Source: an uncultured Candidatus Saccharibacteria bacterium | GTDB lineage: Bacteria > Patescibacteriota > Minisyncoccia > Phycocordibacterales > SIBU01 | Direction of reading: 5' to 3' | NCBI GenBank assembly: GCA_964355335.1 | Contig: CAYHDB010000002.1 | Location: 3,192 to 67,191, forward strand | Length of the DNA stretch: 64,000 bases | Shown here: one piece after another, positions 1 through 10,113 of the stretch | Numbering within the stretch: the first letter of the stretch is position 1 | Layout of the letters: each line of letters starts with the position of its first letter | Position numbers and translations under genes: made by a program | Notes under the pieces: model-generated | Database searches by the model: none | Told to the model about the DNA's origin: nothing | What the model saw: the letters and a program-made list of their open reading frames with translations, nothing else

Positions 1-230
1 ACGGGAGGATGGTCGTGGCAGTAGAAATCTCGGGCAAATACCCGACGGCAAAAGTGGAGTACTTTATAAATGGAAGTTTTGCGGGTTCCACGAACTCTTA
101 CCCCTGGAACTTCAGCTTCCTTCCATCTTCGATTCAAGACATCGCTCCGACAAACCAGCTTGATGTTGTAGCCTACGACACGGCAGGAAACAGAGGTGAA
201 GCTCACAGCGCTTTCAACATCACCTTCTAG
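1..230 (+). CDS. C-terminal fragment of a protein ending in a bacterial Ig-like (Big) domain, possibly a CPR penicillin-binding protein; truncated by window edge
   Basis: KVEYFING...PWNFSF...VVAYDTAGNRG is a typical Ig-like beta-sandwich; the reading frame appears to continue upstream of the window. Confidence 0.55.
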   Translation, partial: GRMVVAVEISGKYPTAKVEYFINGSFAGSTNSYPWNFSFLPSSIQDIAPTNQLDVVAYDTAGNRGEAHSAFNITF

Positions 231-259
231 TGATTTAAAACCTATGCACCTTCCTAAAA

Positions 260-364
260 TTCTCCTTTTTTAAAGGGAGGGAACCGCTTGCGGTGAGGGA
301 TTTGTTACAAAGCAAAAATCCTCCGGCTTCGTAGACTCAGCCACCTCCTTTAGTAAAGGAGGAA
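260..364. repeat. Palindromic repeat, DUF559-associated family (copy 1)
   Basis: TTCTCCTTTTTTAAAGGGAG...GGGATTT...AAATCCTCC...CACCTCCTTTAGTAAAGGAGGAA; same layout as 10465-10589 and 14694-14846. Confidence 0.75.
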
Positions 365-393
365 TAAAAAATCGATAATCGGAAGCACTTTGG

Positions 394-651
394 TTATCTT
401 ATTTTCCTCTCACCTTGAGAGCTTAAAAGCTTGGAAAGCTCGGTAAGTATTTTTTCTTTCTTTAAAAACAACTCACTTTTAAGTGTGGGGTGGGCACGGA
501 CAAAAAACGTTCCGTCCTTAAATGAAACTGATTCGGCCGGCAATTTGGTTTTTATCACGCTACCGACAACGTTTATAAATATCGAAACCGAAAGGTTCTT
601 GTCTAAGCCGAGTTTTTTAAATCGTTCGAGAAAGAAGGAGATTTGCTGCAT
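394..651 (-). CDS. DciA/DUF721-like small protein (putative helicase loader accessory)
   Basis: 85 aa just downstream of dnaN; the 'FKDGTFFVRAHPTLKSELFLKKEKIL' segment resembles the DUF721 KH-like core. Confidence 0.5.
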   Translation of the reverse strand: MQQISFFLERFKKLGLDKNLSVSIFINVVGSVIKTKLPAESVSFKDGTFFVRAHPTLKSELFLKKEKILTELSKLLSSQGERKIR

Positions 652-672
652 GAATAATAAGAATTATTTTTT

Positions 673-781
673 ATACGAACTTACGAAAGGGTGCAGATAT
701 ACGAACAGATACGAAAACTTTTGTGGTACCACTATGATTTTCGTATTATTTCGTATATTTTCCTAATTCGTATTTTCGTAT
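673..781. repeat. TACGAA inverted-array repeat
   Basis: 4x TACGAA, spacer, 4x TTCGTA, located between dnaN and the next gene. Confidence 0.85.
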
Positions 782-787
782 GTTTAC

Positions 788-1885
788 CTAGCGGTTCATC
801 GGCATTACCAAATACGTAAAGTTCCTATCCCCTACCCCTCTTATCACCACAGGTCTTCCTTGTCCGGCAAAAGACAGGGATACACTGTCTGTGGTGATAG
901 ATTGCAGACAGTCAGCGATATAGCGGTAATTGAAATTAGCTTCCACACTTTCGCCGGTAAGAGCGGCATCTAGCAATGAGCTGTTTTCTCCAAGGTTGTT
1001 GTTTTTAGTAGTCAGCTCAAACTTTTTTTCTTTAGGGTTGATTGCAATACCAACCTGGTTAAACGTATCAGAAAAAATATTGGCTACTTTGAGCGAACGC
1101 ACCAAATCTTCCTTCAAAACAACCGCTTCGGTCTTGAACTCCTTAGGAATAATTTGTCTGTAGTCTGGGAAAGTGCCGTCCACCACTCTGGAGGTGAGGT
1201 ATGTACCGCCGGAGACAAACGCTATCTGATTTTTGTTAAGTCTCACTTCTACCAAACCCGAAACCCCCTCGAGTATTCGAATAATCTCCGGAACATTTTT
1301 GAACGGAATAAGAACTTTATCAAAATCCAAGGTTTTCATTTTGACTTTCTGCTCGGCTAGACGAAAAGAATCTGTCGCCGCAAACACCGCATAACCATCC
1401 TCTGGATACACATAAACGCTCGCTAGCTCCGCTTTTATACTTGAAACGGAGGAACTGTACCAGACCGCTTTTAAACCTCTCACAAAGTCTTCTGCGTTAA
1501 TCTCAAAGTGCTTTTCCTTGGATATCTCCGGGATAGTTGGAAAATCTTCTACAGGCAAACACTTAATTGAAGTTTTACTCCTTGTGGTGGTTACTGAAAG
1601 CAAATTCTCACTTCCACTCAACTTCACACTCTTCTCTCCTGTAAGGCTTGAAATAAAAGATGAAAGGGTGCCTGCGGGGACAGCAAGAACACCCTCCTCC
1701 TCGACTTTCGCCGGCATAAAACTTTCAAATCCCAAGTCGAGGTTTGTGGCTCGGATAGTGACGCCATTTTTCTTAACATCTAAAAGCACACAAGACAGTA
1801 CAGGTAAGTTTAGATTCCTCCCAGCAATTTTCTCAGCCTGTGAAAGAATCTTTTGTAATTTGTCTTGTACACATTCTGTTTTCAT
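788..1885 (-). CDS. dnaN: DNA polymerase III beta sliding clamp
   Basis: ATNLD, ATDSFRL, GTFPDY and C-terminal LVMPM motifs; downstream of dnaA. Confidence 0.97.
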   Translation of the reverse strand: MKTECVQDKLQKILSQAEKIAGRNLNLPVLSCVLLDVKKNGVTIRATNLDLGFESFMPAKVEEEGVLAVPAGTLSSFISSLTGEKSVKLSGSENLLSVTTTRSKTSIKCLPVEDFPTIPEISKEKHFEINAEDFVRGLKAVWYSSSVSSIKAELASVYVYPEDGYAVFAATDSFRLAEQKVKMKTLDFDKVLIPFKNVPEIIRILEGVSGLVEVRLNKNQIAFVSGGTYLTSRVVDGTFPDYRQIIPKEFKTEAVVLKEDLVRSLKVANIFSDTFNQVGIAINPKEKKFELTTKNNNLGENSSLLDAALTGESVEANFNYRYIADCLQSITTDSVSLSFAGQGRPVVIRGVGDRNFTYLVMPMNR

Positions 1886-2090
1886 ATACTTTATATAAAT
1901 ATATTACTACTATTAACTATGGGGATAACCTGTTTAGCTTATTTATTTATAAATACCAACGTATTTTAAAGAGAAGAATTGCTCGAAGGTCGGACAGTTT
2001 GTGGGGTAATTGTGTGGATAAGAATTTGGTCTGTATTTATCCCCAGTACGAACAGAGGTTTTCCACACAAAATGCACAGGTTGTTAAAAA
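1886..2090. promoter_or_regulatory. Putative oriC with DnaA boxes and an AT-rich segment
   Basis: Perfect box TGTGGATAA at 2013-2021; near-matches TGGGGATAA at 1920-1928, TTATCCCCA at 2037-2045, TTTTCCACA at 2059-2067; AT-rich ~1886-1920; lies between dnaA and dnaN. Confidence 0.8.
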
Positions 2091-3434
2091 TCAGAGAGTA
2101 GCTCGTATCTGATCCAGTTCTTGCTCGAGGCTAGGATTTGTCTTCAGCTCCTCTTTTATCTTCTCACAAGAGTGAATCACGGTAGTGTGGTCTCTCCCCC
2201 CAAGTTTCTGCCCTATCAAAGGATAAGAAACACCAAAGTCTTGTCTGAGTAGATACATTACGAGTTGTCTGGGTCGCACCACTTCCTTTCTCCTTGTCTT
2301 CTCGTAAATGTCAGCCTCCTCTATGTTGAAGAAATTGGAGACGGCCTTTGTGATTTCTTTTACAGAGACCGCCTTTTTAGGTTTGGCACTGTTTCTGATA
2401 AGATTTTTCACTTCAGTAATACCAAGCTCCTTCCCTTTTAGTTGAGACTGGCAGATTAAAACATTGAGCATCCCTTCTAGTTCACGAATGTTCCCCTCTA
2501 TTGTAGAAGCCAAGTGCTCCAAAACATCGGGAGCGAACGAAATAAGGCTTTGTTTGGCCTTTGTTTTAAGGATAGCAAGCCTCGATTCCCTATCAGGTGT
2601 AGGAATATCGATAATCATCCCAGCAGAAAAGCGGGATTTCAAACGGTCCTCCAATCCAGGGATAAAATTCGGGTGTTTGTCCGATGAAAAAACAATTTGT
2701 TTGTTTTCCTCGTGGAGACAATTGAAGAGATGGAACAATTCTTCCTGAGTCTTCTCTTTGTTTGAAAGGAATTGAATATCGTCCATTATCAAAATATCGT
2801 ATTTGCGATATTTATCTTTAAAGGCGTTCACTTTGTTTGCCTGAACCGAGTTCACATAATCTATCGCAAACTTTTCGGAGGTAACGTAATAAACTTTTTT
2901 ACCAACACCTTGATTTTTTATATGATTGCCGACGGCCTGTATCAGGTGAGTCTTTCCGTGGCCGGTGTTTCCGTATATAAAAAGAGGATTGTAGGCTTGG
3001 CCGGGTTTTTTCACCACCGCTTGGGCTGCCGCGTGCGCCAATTCGTTGAAAGGACCTACGACGAATGACTCAAAGGTGTATTTGGGGTTTAAATTGTTCT
3101 CCTTGTCTATGTAGAAGTCAGCAAGAGGCAACTCCGCCGTCGGCCCTGTATGGCTTTTTTGTACGTCTCCCTCTTTTCTTTTCCCATCATCTTTTGAGAT
3201 TTGGTACTCTACTGACCTTATGTTTTCTGACAGGTTTCTCAGTGATTTGAGAATAGACTTGTGGTATTTATTGAAAAGCCAATCCTTCGCAAAAGCATTT
3301 GGAACCGATACGAAGACAACCCCATCCTCTTGTTTTAGGATGCGAGTATCTTTAAACCAGGTGTTGAAGTTGGCTCTCGATACTGCGAGTTCTATTTCCA
3401 CCAGCACGTTGCTCCAGAGTTGTTCGTTTTCCAT
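2091..3434 (-). CDS. dnaA: Chromosomal replication initiator DnaA
   Basis: YNPLFIYGNTGHGKTHL Walker A, DDIQF, RELEG, GGRDHTTVIH. Confidence 0.98.
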   Translation of the reverse strand: MENEQLWSNVLVEIELAVSRANFNTWFKDTRILKQEDGVVFVSVPNAFAKDWLFNKYHKSILKSLRNLSENIRSVEYQISKDDGKRKEGDVQKSHTGPTAELPLADFYIDKENNLNPKYTFESFVVGPFNELAHAAAQAVVKKPGQAYNPLFIYGNTGHGKTHLIQAVGNHIKNQGVGKKVYYVTSEKFAIDYVNSVQANKVNAFKDKYRKYDILIMDDIQFLSNKEKTQEELFHLFNCLHEENKQIVFSSDKHPNFIPGLEDRLKSRFSAGMIIDIPTPDRESRLAILKTKAKQSLISFAPDVLEHLASTIEGNIRELEGMLNVLICQSQLKGKELGITEVKNLIRNSAKPKKAVSVKEITKAVSNFFNIEEADIYEKTRRKEVVRPRQLVMYLLRQDFGVSYPLIGQKLGGRDHTTVIHSCEKIKEELKTNPSLEQELDQIRATL

Positions 3435-3531
3435 AAATATTTTAAGTGTATCCCATTATATACTCCTTTGATTACCTGTGAGCTTGCGGAGAACGGTTAA
3501 ATATGTTTATAATGTGTGGATAGAGTGTGAA

Positions 3532-3635
3532 CAACTGAATTACACATTACCTGTAACTGAATAACTGAATGACAAGGCCAGGTTTTGTCCCAAAAGTTAT
3601 TCTGTCATTCAGTTGTTTGTTATAAGTCATAAGTT
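3532..3635. repeat. AACTGAAT/ATTCAGTT inverted short-unit repeat
   Basis: TAACTGAATAACTGAATGAC...GTCATTCAGTT...TTATAAGT; same family as 30897-31031. Confidence 0.6.
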
Positions 3636-3641
3636 TCTTAC

Positions 3642-3776
3642 ATGTCATTCACATACAAACCTAAAAAGAAGAAAAGAGCTAGAACCCACGGTTTTTTGGC
3701 TAGACAAAGAAAACATGGAGGACGAAAGGTCCTTGTTGCCAGGCGCCGTAAAGGACGCAAGAAGTTGGCCGTCTAA
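3642..3776 (+). CDS. rpmH: 50S ribosomal protein L34 (absent from the ORF track)
   Basis: Manual translation [44 protein letters not shown]; canonical position between dnaA and rnpA. Confidence 0.97.
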   Translation: MSFTYKPKKKKRARTHGFLARQRKHGGRKVLVARRRKGRKKLAV

Positions 3777-3783
3777 TCTCGCT

Positions 3784-3886
3784 ATACGAACATACGAAAG
3801 GGTACAGATATACGAACATATACGAAAAACTTCTTGATCCCTGTTCGTATAATTTCGTATATTTCAGTGACCTTAATTTTCGTATT
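3784..3886. repeat. TACGAA inverted-array repeat
   Basis: Very similar to 5483-5584; fills the rpmH-rnpA gap. Confidence 0.85.
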
Positions 3887-3889
3887 ACT

Positions 3890-4231
3890 ATGATTCCCTC
3901 CTCTCGAAAGGTAGACAAAACTCTCTTTAAAACCCTGGTCTCTAAGGGTAAATGGGTAAACTCCGACCATTTTAATGGTCGTGTTTTGCTGTTAGGTGGT
4001 AATTATAAATCCAAAATATCAGTAGTCGTGCCAAAGAAGCTCGAAAAGAGCGCTGTAAAACGTAATGTATTAAAACGCCGTTTGTATTCAGTGGTCAGAA
4101 ATTGTCTTGGTCAGATGGTGACAGGCTCGGTTTGTGCGCTATTTGTAAAGAAGGGTTTCAGCACCAAGGAGCTTACCCTCTTAAAAAAGGAGGTCTCGGA
4201 TTTTATGGTAAAAGCGAAGCTGGTTTCCTAG
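3890..4231 (+). CDS. rnpA: Ribonuclease P protein component
   Basis: SVVVPKKLEKSAVKRNVLKRR RNR motif; synteny. Confidence 0.93.
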   Translation: MIPSSRKVDKTLFKTLVSKGKWVNSDHFNGRVLLLGGNYKSKISVVVPKKLEKSAVKRNVLKRRLYSVVRNCLGQMVTGSVCALFVKKGFSTKELTLLKKEVSDFMVKAKLVS

Positions 4232-4253
4232 GCAATTACCGCACATTTTCTTG

Positions 4254-4282
4254 TTGAACGACACGCAAAAGTAAGCTATAGT
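4254..4282 (+). promoter_or_regulatory. Sigma70-like promoter for yidC, possibly leaderless
   Basis: TTGAAC-17 nt-TATAGT, with ATG 6 nt after the -10. Confidence 0.55.
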
Positions 4283-4288
4283 GTCGTC

Positions 4289-5002
4289 ATGATTAGTTCA
4301 GCATTTAACGCTGTCATTTATAACCCTCTCTATAACGGGCTTATTTTTTTGATGGATATCGTGCCGTGGGCGGACGCAGGTGTGTCTGTGATAATCTTCA
4401 CTTTTTTGGTTAAATTGCTCTTGTTCCCTCTTTCCCAGAAGGCTGTACGAACACAATTACGAATGAAGGCGCACGAGGCTGATATGGCGGAGATAAAGGA
4501 ACGTCACAAGAACGATAAGGAGGCCCACGCCAGAGCAATGATGGCATTTTATAAGGAGAAAAATATCAATCCTTTTTCAAGTATTTTTTTGGCGTTCATT
4601 CAGATTCCTATTATTTTAGCCCTATATTATATTTTCTATAGCGGTGGTTTGCCTGTCATAGAAACTAAAATTCTGTATTCTTTTGTCGGTACACCGGAAG
4701 TCTCAATGTTGTTTCTTGGGTTGATCGATATAACGAAAGGAAGCTTGATTTTTGCCATACTCGTAGCCGTCAGTCAGTATTTTCAAGTGAAACTCTCCAT
4801 GCCGGAGATGAAGCCTGCTGTCGCAGGGGGCACATTCAAGGACGATTTTGCCAGAACCCTAAATCTCCAGATGAGATATTTTCTTCCTGTACTTGTTGGT
4901 GTTATTGCGTACAATATTGCCGGAGCAGTTTCCCTTTACTGGATTACGAGTAACCTCTTTGCCATCGGCCAGGAGATTTATGTCCGCAAGACATTTATGT
5001 AA
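4289..5002 (+). CDS. yidC: Membrane protein insertase YidC/Oxa1 (short form)
   Basis: KLLLFPL, YKEKNINP, IQIPI, SLYWITSN motifs. Confidence 0.95.
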   Translation: MISSAFNAVIYNPLYNGLIFLMDIVPWADAGVSVIIFTFLVKLLLFPLSQKAVRTQLRMKAHEADMAEIKERHKNDKEAHARAMMAFYKEKNINPFSSIFLAFIQIPIILALYYIFYSGGLPVIETKILYSFVGTPEVSMLFLGLIDITKGSLIFAILVAVSQYFQVKLSMPEMKPAVAGGTFKDDFARTLNLQMRYFLPVLVGVIAYNIAGAVSLYWITSNLFAIGQEIYVRKTFM

Positions 5003-5011
5003 TTAATATTT

Positions 5012-5482
5012 ATGACCCTAGACCACAATAAAACAAAAGATGTGATCCAAGAGATGCTCAAAAGTATGGGTATTGGTTTTGATACTGTAGAGATAATAAG
5101 TAACCCAGATTCACAGCACACCCGTTTTGCGATAAGAACACCTGAGCCTTCCCTGCTTATTGGGACCAAAGGAGAAAATCTTGGCGCTCTTAATTATCTT
5201 ATTAAAAAAATTGTTACTAAGGCCCTCGCACCCGATACGGAAGTTAAGTTCTTCATCGATGTGAACGACTACCATGAGAGAGCCTTGGAGTCCGTTAAGG
5301 CGAAAGCAAAGGTTATGAGCGAAAGGGCCCGTTCCTTTAAGGTGGATATCGAGATGGAACCTATGACATCTTACGAGAGAATGCTTGTGCATTCGTGCCT
5401 CGAAGGGGTCTCTGACGTCAAAACAGAATCTGTCGGCGAGGGGCCTCTTAGACGTGTTGTTATTAAGTACCTTGCCTCATAA
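5012..5482 (+). CDS. jag: Jag/EloR (KhpB) KH + R3H RNA-binding protein
   Basis: LLIGTKGENLGAL KH motif, ERMLVH R3H motif, SVGEGPLRRVVI; follows yidC. Confidence 0.9.
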   Translation: MTLDHNKTKDVIQEMLKSMGIGFDTVEIISNPDSQHTRFAIRTPEPSLLIGTKGENLGALNYLIKKIVTKALAPDTEVKFFIDVNDYHERALESVKAKAKVMSERARSFKVDIEMEPMTSYERMLVHSCLEGVSDVKTESVGEGPLRRVVIKYLAS

Positions 5483-5584
5483 ATACGAAAATACGAAAGG
5501 TACAGATATACGAACATATACGAAAAAGCTTCTTGATTCCTGTTCGTATTATTTCGTATATTTCAGCGACCCCTTTTTCGTATT
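5483..5584. repeat. TACGAA inverted-array repeat between convergent genes
   Basis: Starts at the jag stop and ends at the stop of 5583-6830. Confidence 0.85.
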
Positions 5585-6830
5585 AAGGCTGTAGCCGTAG
5601 GCTCCAAATGTGCGAGTCGTTTTTGTCTGTGAAGAATAGATAGCCTTCATCGGGACTGAGCATAAGGTTCGTGCCGTCAATACTTTTGCCCGACATCTCT
5701 TTAAGTTGTCCGATTATTTTCCCGGTACCGTCGCCTGCGTATATTTTCCAGATATCGTCGGAGAATGACACAACTCCTTGGTACCAGGCGTCAGGGTAAA
5801 TCTCTGTTTGCAAATATGTGGGGACACTACAATAAATCACCTGAGAGTCTTTTGTGCTCCAGACACATTTTTCGGGAAGAGTACCAAGCGAAGTGTCTAG
5901 GGCCTCACCTGTTTTTAGAGAATATATTTTAAGAGACATTCCACCTTGTAAACTTTCTGAATAAAGAACCGACGTGCCGTTTGGTCCTACAAGTGTAGTC
6001 AGGCCCTTAATACCTGATATTGCTCGAGAGAGAGCACCGTTTTTTGTGTTCAGGATAAACATAAATCCAGGCTCGTTTGCTGAGGCTCTAGTGGTCAGGG
6101 ATATCGTCTGGGATGTTGGCCATTGCGGAATCCATTCTCGCAGAGGAGAGTCGAATACACCAGTCTTTTTGCTACCGTCATAATCTGAAATGACACCGGA
6201 GCTTCCGTCAGAGTAATTCAAAAGATAGAATATTTTACTTCTATCCGGGTCGGTCGTCATAGATTTTATGTTCCCCGATAGGAATGAACCTTTGAGCTCC
6301 CCTCCTCCCAACCCATCGGTCGCAGGTGTGAGTTCCGCATAGTATGTTTCGATTCCCGTTGTGCTGTCAGATTTTTCATAACGTGCTACAAGTTTTGTAC
6401 CAGTCTTATTCCAGTAGGCTTCTTGTACCTTCGGAAGTGTAGTGTTCGACAGTCGATTTTCTCCGGAAATGTCAGGACTCACTTCATAAACATTCCCAGT
6501 CCCCTTCTCAAGGAAACGGACAAGCACACTTTGATTTGAAGATGTGGCAAAGGCGACAGAGCCAGCCGAAGGTCTGGTGGACAACTCCTTTAAGAGATAG
6601 GCGTTTTGCGCCGTAGGTTTGTTCTCATTATTTTGTGGAGGTGTCGTGGTTTCGGGAGGTACTGTCGTCGGTGTCGTCCCTGTGTCGCTGTCCGGGAAAA
6701 TGTTTGTACCGCCTGTTGGGGTTGTTCCTCCCGTCTGACCACCGTTGTAGTAGAAATAAAATGCTAAAACACCCGCGATGGCGAGGATTATTACTATGGA
6801 TATTATGATTGTTGCGGTTTTTTTGGACAT
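5583..6830 (-). CDS. Membrane-anchored beta-propeller-like surface protein
   Basis: N-terminal TM helix, Thr/Pro linker, repeated beta-rich WS/SPD segments. Confidence 0.6.
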   Translation of the reverse strand: MSKKTATIIISIVIILAIAGVLAFYFYYNGGQTGGTTPTGGTNIFPDSDTGTTPTTVPPETTTPPQNNENKPTAQNAYLLKELSTRPSAGSVAFATSSNQSVLVRFLEKGTGNVYEVSPDISGENRLSNTTLPKVQEAYWNKTGTKLVARYEKSDSTTGIETYYAELTPATDGLGGGELKGSFLSGNIKSMTTDPDRSKIFYLLNYSDGSSGVISDYDGSKKTGVFDSPLREWIPQWPTSQTISLTTRASANEPGFMFILNTKNGALSRAISGIKGLTTLVGPNGTSVLYSESLQGGMSLKIYSLKTGEALDTSLGTLPEKCVWSTKDSQVIYCSVPTYLQTEIYPDAWYQGVVSFSDDIWKIYAGDGTGKIIGQLKEMSGKSIDGTNLMLSPDEGYLFFTDKNDSHIWSLRLQP

Positions 6831-7991
6831 TTATTTGTTTGCTGGATTTGTCGCGGGGTCGTAATTTCTGCAGGTTAAAAGTGTAGGGGCTTCAGCACAC
6901 TGCTTTTGTATTGAGGTGATTATTTCAGTTGCCTTTCTTATCGCGGTCGATGTTTTTGTAGCATCACCTTGAGCCGCTCTAATGGCAGCCTGTTGCTCCT
7001 TGTAGGCCATATCCATAATACCTCTTGCAACATTTGTATTTTTTTTGTCTATATCCGCTTGAACAATGTCGGCTCTCGCTTTCGCCAGTTCAGCTTTTAT
7101 TTTCTCCGCCTGGTCAGGCAGTCCCAAAGCGTTCATTTCCGCAATGTCTTTATTTGAAGTCATATTCAAATGCTCCACTACCGCCAAAACATCCCTCGTG
7201 GAGCCAAGATTTTTTATTGCGTTGGTTTTATCTAGATTTATTCTCGCTTTTGCAGCCACGACGTCCGCCTCAGCAGCTTTTACAAGAAGAGTTTGTTTGG
7301 CTGTGTTTATCGCATCCCTCTCCGCAGTCAGGGTTATTGCTTCTGGACTTGCAGGATCCAGAGTTTTCAATTGATCATTAATCTCCCTAACTTGCACCGC
7401 AGCATCTAACGCCTTACCCTTTGCAATTTTCGCATCAATTACCTCCGGTCTAGCATTTTCAGCATTTAGATCGGCAAGCAGGTCGTCCAACTGCTTTGAG
7501 TAAGTCACATCGTCCGGCTTTTCCAAACGATTCATTTTGGCCTGGTCAGCCGGTTTTCCAAAATATATATCTAGCTCTACAAGTTTTGGATTTATCGTGT
7601 TTAGGATAATGTAAGACACAAGTGCCAGGATTAATCCCCCCAACGCTCTTTCCACGTAGTGTTTTCCCTCTTCCTTGCCGGTGATTGAGTCGGTAGAAAG
7701 GTAGGTGAAACCGCCCCAGACTATGGTGATGAAAGCTAGTACTCCGGCAGCAGCCACACCAAACTTAAATATCCCAGTCATGTAGGTGGAAAGAGTGGCT
7801 TTGCCGGTGGCGGGGTCCACCGTTCCTGGGATTGTGGCAAGGGGTACATATGTAGTGGGAGCCTGTTCAACCAAACCACTTAATGGGGTGGCCGATTGAA
7901 CATTTATTGGCGGAGAGAAAACCAAGAGGAACAACGCAATAATGCTCAGAATAAACGGCAAAGCAAAAATTTTTTTGTATATTGATTTCAT
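6831..7991 (-). CDS. Pilin-like (VirB2/TrbC-like) hairpin domain plus coiled-coil extension
   Basis: Signal/TM helix, then 'GVLAFITIVWGGFTYLS...ALGGLILALVSYIILNTINP', typical of CPR pilin-like proteins. Confidence 0.65.
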   Translation of the reverse strand: MKSIYKKIFALPFILSIIALFLLVFSPPINVQSATPLSGLVEQAPTTYVPLATIPGTVDPATGKATLSTYMTGIFKFGVAAAGVLAFITIVWGGFTYLSTDSITGKEEGKHYVERALGGLILALVSYIILNTINPKLVELDIYFGKPADQAKMNRLEKPDDVTYSKQLDDLLADLNAENARPEVIDAKIAKGKALDAAVQVREINDQLKTLDPASPEAITLTAERDAINTAKQTLLVKAAEADVVAAKARINLDKTNAIKNLGSTRDVLAVVEHLNMTSNKDIAEMNALGLPDQAEKIKAELAKARADIVQADIDKKNTNVARGIMDMAYKEQQAAIRAAQGDATKTSTAIRKATEIITSIQKQCAEAPTLLTCRNYDPATNPANK

Positions 7992-7993
7992 AT

Positions 7994-9016
7994 TTAAAAC
8001 CCGGTTGCGGTGTTATTACCGAAAGAAAGATTCATATTCGCTTCGGCATACTGGAATATTTTTGCAGGATTGGAGATTTGTATCGAAACATTTGCAGATC
8101 CAGTAGCACCTTTTTCCTGGCGGAATGACAGAGAGTTCTTTCCCTCACCCGCAGGTACCGCTTTTCCGTCTAGCCTCCAGGTGTATTTTACACCGGTGGC
8201 CTCCTGACCTACTGTACCTATGAAGTAAGGTACCGCGACAAGCTTAATCTCCTCGTCTTGGAGAGTTATGCTCCTCGATAGCGCCCTGCTGTAGAGAGTC
8301 CCCATAAGTGGTGTGTCCTCATAAAGGACTATTCCTGGTTGGGTGGGTGTCAAAGTAATTCTCCCCTCAGCCGAATATATCTGGTCCATTGATGTGACCT
8401 CCACGGATACAACCGCGGGTTTCAGCGGAATACCCCCATTAAACAAAATATAACTTTTACCATAGCCCGAGGCGTTTGTAGCCGGGTTGTTATCCACTCT
8501 CCAGTTGTATATCAAAGTTTTTGGATTTATTGTCCCTCCGTTTTCTGTCACGAAATTCGGCAGAGCGACCACTTTGACAGTTCCCTGGTAAGAATATAGC
8601 GCCTTTCCTTTATAAAAAGGAGGAGTATAGGATTGCGCCTCGGCAACGAGGTCCACAGTAGCCGGCCTGATATTTAAAGTTTTCTGGACGGGTGGTTTGC
8701 CTTCTATTTGTATGAGTACAAGAATGTTCGATAGAGAGCCTGGTGAACCGGTTTTAAATGTGAAAGTTTTTTTTCCGACAGCTTCTTGCGCCAGCTTGCC
8801 GTTTGAATACCAAGATATTGTCGCCCTGTCCAAGTCCATAGCAAAACTTTCGATTGTAGCCGTCACAAACTGGTTCGGTCCCGGCACAGAAGGTTTTGTG
8901 GTGACGTTTACCTCAGCAGAATCATCCCCGAGCATTTGTAGTGACTGGGCAGAGGAAAAAAAGGGCAAAGAAAGTGTTGCAAAAAACAGAAGAGTGGTTA
9001 GTGAAAACCTTTTCAT
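7994..9016 (-). CDS. Secreted Ig/PKD-like repeat protein of the CPR envelope cluster
   Basis: Signal peptide; repeated ISWYSNG/YNWRVD/YTWRLDG beta motifs. Confidence 0.6.
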   Translation of the reverse strand: MKRFSLTTLLFFATLSLPFFSSAQSLQMLGDDSAEVNVTTKPSVPGPNQFVTATIESFAMDLDRATISWYSNGKLAQEAVGKKTFTFKTGSPGSLSNILVLIQIEGKPPVQKTLNIRPATVDLVAEAQSYTPPFYKGKALYSYQGTVKVVALPNFVTENGGTINPKTLIYNWRVDNNPATNASGYGKSYILFNGGIPLKPAVVSVEVTSMDQIYSAEGRITLTPTQPGIVLYEDTPLMGTLYSRALSRSITLQDEEIKLVAVPYFIGTVGQEATGVKYTWRLDGKAVPAGEGKNSLSFRQEKGATGSANVSIQISNPAKIFQYAEANMNLSFGNNTATGF

Positions 9017-9039
9017 GTTAGATATATTTTAACACAAAT

Positions 9040-9135
9040 AGTATCGATACCAATATACTAATTGTACTAATGATACGAATGGGACCCCGGCTTTGATTAG
9101 TATAATTAGTATTCATTTGTATATTAGCATCGATA
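9040..9135. repeat. Degenerate TACNAA inverted-array repeat
   Basis: GTATCGATACCAATATACTAAT...TACGAAT...ATTAGTAT...GCATCGATAC. Confidence 0.6.
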
Positions 9136-9137
9136 CC

Positions 9138-10106
9138 TTATTCTGCGTGACTTGATTCTTCGTTTCCCTTCTTTTTCCGGGCCTCGTATGAGTTGCTAAG
9201 GTCAAGAAGGTTGCTATGCCAACTTAGCCGCTCATCTTCCTCGGCTTCTTCTGGGGATTGATTACGATTGCCCCCTCTGGACTCTGGTGAATTGCCTCCT
9301 CCCCTTTTGCGACCGCCACCTCCGAACAAACTTCCACCACCCTGCCCTCCGCGATTTCCTGGTTTTTTCTCCCCGCCCTTTTTTTTGTCCTTATCATCTC
9401 CTCCCTCCTTCCCTTCACCTTCTTCTTTGGTTTCTTCCGAGTTGTCGTTTTCTGATCCCCCTTCTTTATTCTCTTCCTCTTCATCCTCCTCAGAATCGTC
9501 TCCCCCTTCTTCTTGCTCGCCCTCACCTTGCTTGTTGCTTTCCTCTTCCTGACCACTCTCATTTGATGTTCCTTCCTCCCCTCCTGTTGCCTCAGCTCCT
9601 GCCTCGGCTCCCTCGGCCGCACCTGCACCAGCCTCTGCCGCTTCGGCTCCCGCGATTGCACCCTCGGCCGCTTCGCCTGCCGCAAGTGAGGCGCCACCTG
9701 TTTCAGGCGCCGCAGCCACAGCGGCCGCCGCGATTGCCGCCTCCTCGGCCTTTTTTAGAAGTTTTTCTGCCTTAATAAGTAGAAATACGACAATACCGTC
9801 GAGGAACCATAAAGGTAGAGCATTTAATATTGGGATTGTTTCAAAAATGAAAGTAGCGATGATGCTTCCCCCCATTTTCATACTCTTCATGTTCACCCCG
9901 CGAAGATATAGGTAGGTAGGCCAGGCCATTCCGACAAGAATATCTATAAAGGTGTTGGCGATTATCCCAATCCCTATAAAATCCAGCCCTATTTGTGCAA
10001 GGTCCACCATGAACAATGCACTGATGGCCATCCCCCATTCAGTGTTGGATATTTTTTCTCCTTCGTGGCCCTTCTTTTTTTTCTTTTTTTCTTCGTCCTC
10101 GGCCAT
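9138..10106 (-). CDS. Membrane protein with Ala/Glu/Gly-rich low-complexity C-terminus
   Basis: TM helices followed by acidic/Gly-rich tail; start taken at MAEDEE (10106). Confidence 0.6.
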   Translation of the reverse strand: MAEDEEKKKKKKGHEGEKISNTEWGMAISALFMVDLAQIGLDFIGIGIIANTFIDILVGMAWPTYLYLRGVNMKSMKMGGSIIATFIFETIPILNALPLWFLDGIVVFLLIKAEKLLKKAEEAAIAAAAVAAAPETGGASLAAGEAAEGAIAGAEAAEAGAGAAEGAEAGAEATGGEEGTSNESGQEEESNKQGEGEQEEGGDDSEEDEEEENKEGGSENDNSEETKEEGEGKEGGDDKDKKKGGEKKPGNRGGQGGGSLFGGGGRKRGGGNSPESRGGNRNQSPEEAEEDERLSWHSNLLDLSNSYEARKKKGNEESSHAE

Positions 10107-10113
10107 AAATTGT

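Noticed and set aside
3613-3837. 74-aa ORF in the track
   Set aside because: Overlaps rpmH (3642-3776) in another frame and runs into a repeat
9224-9775. Alternative-frame Arg/Pro-rich ORFs
   Set aside because: Shadow frames of the low-complexity region of 9138-10106
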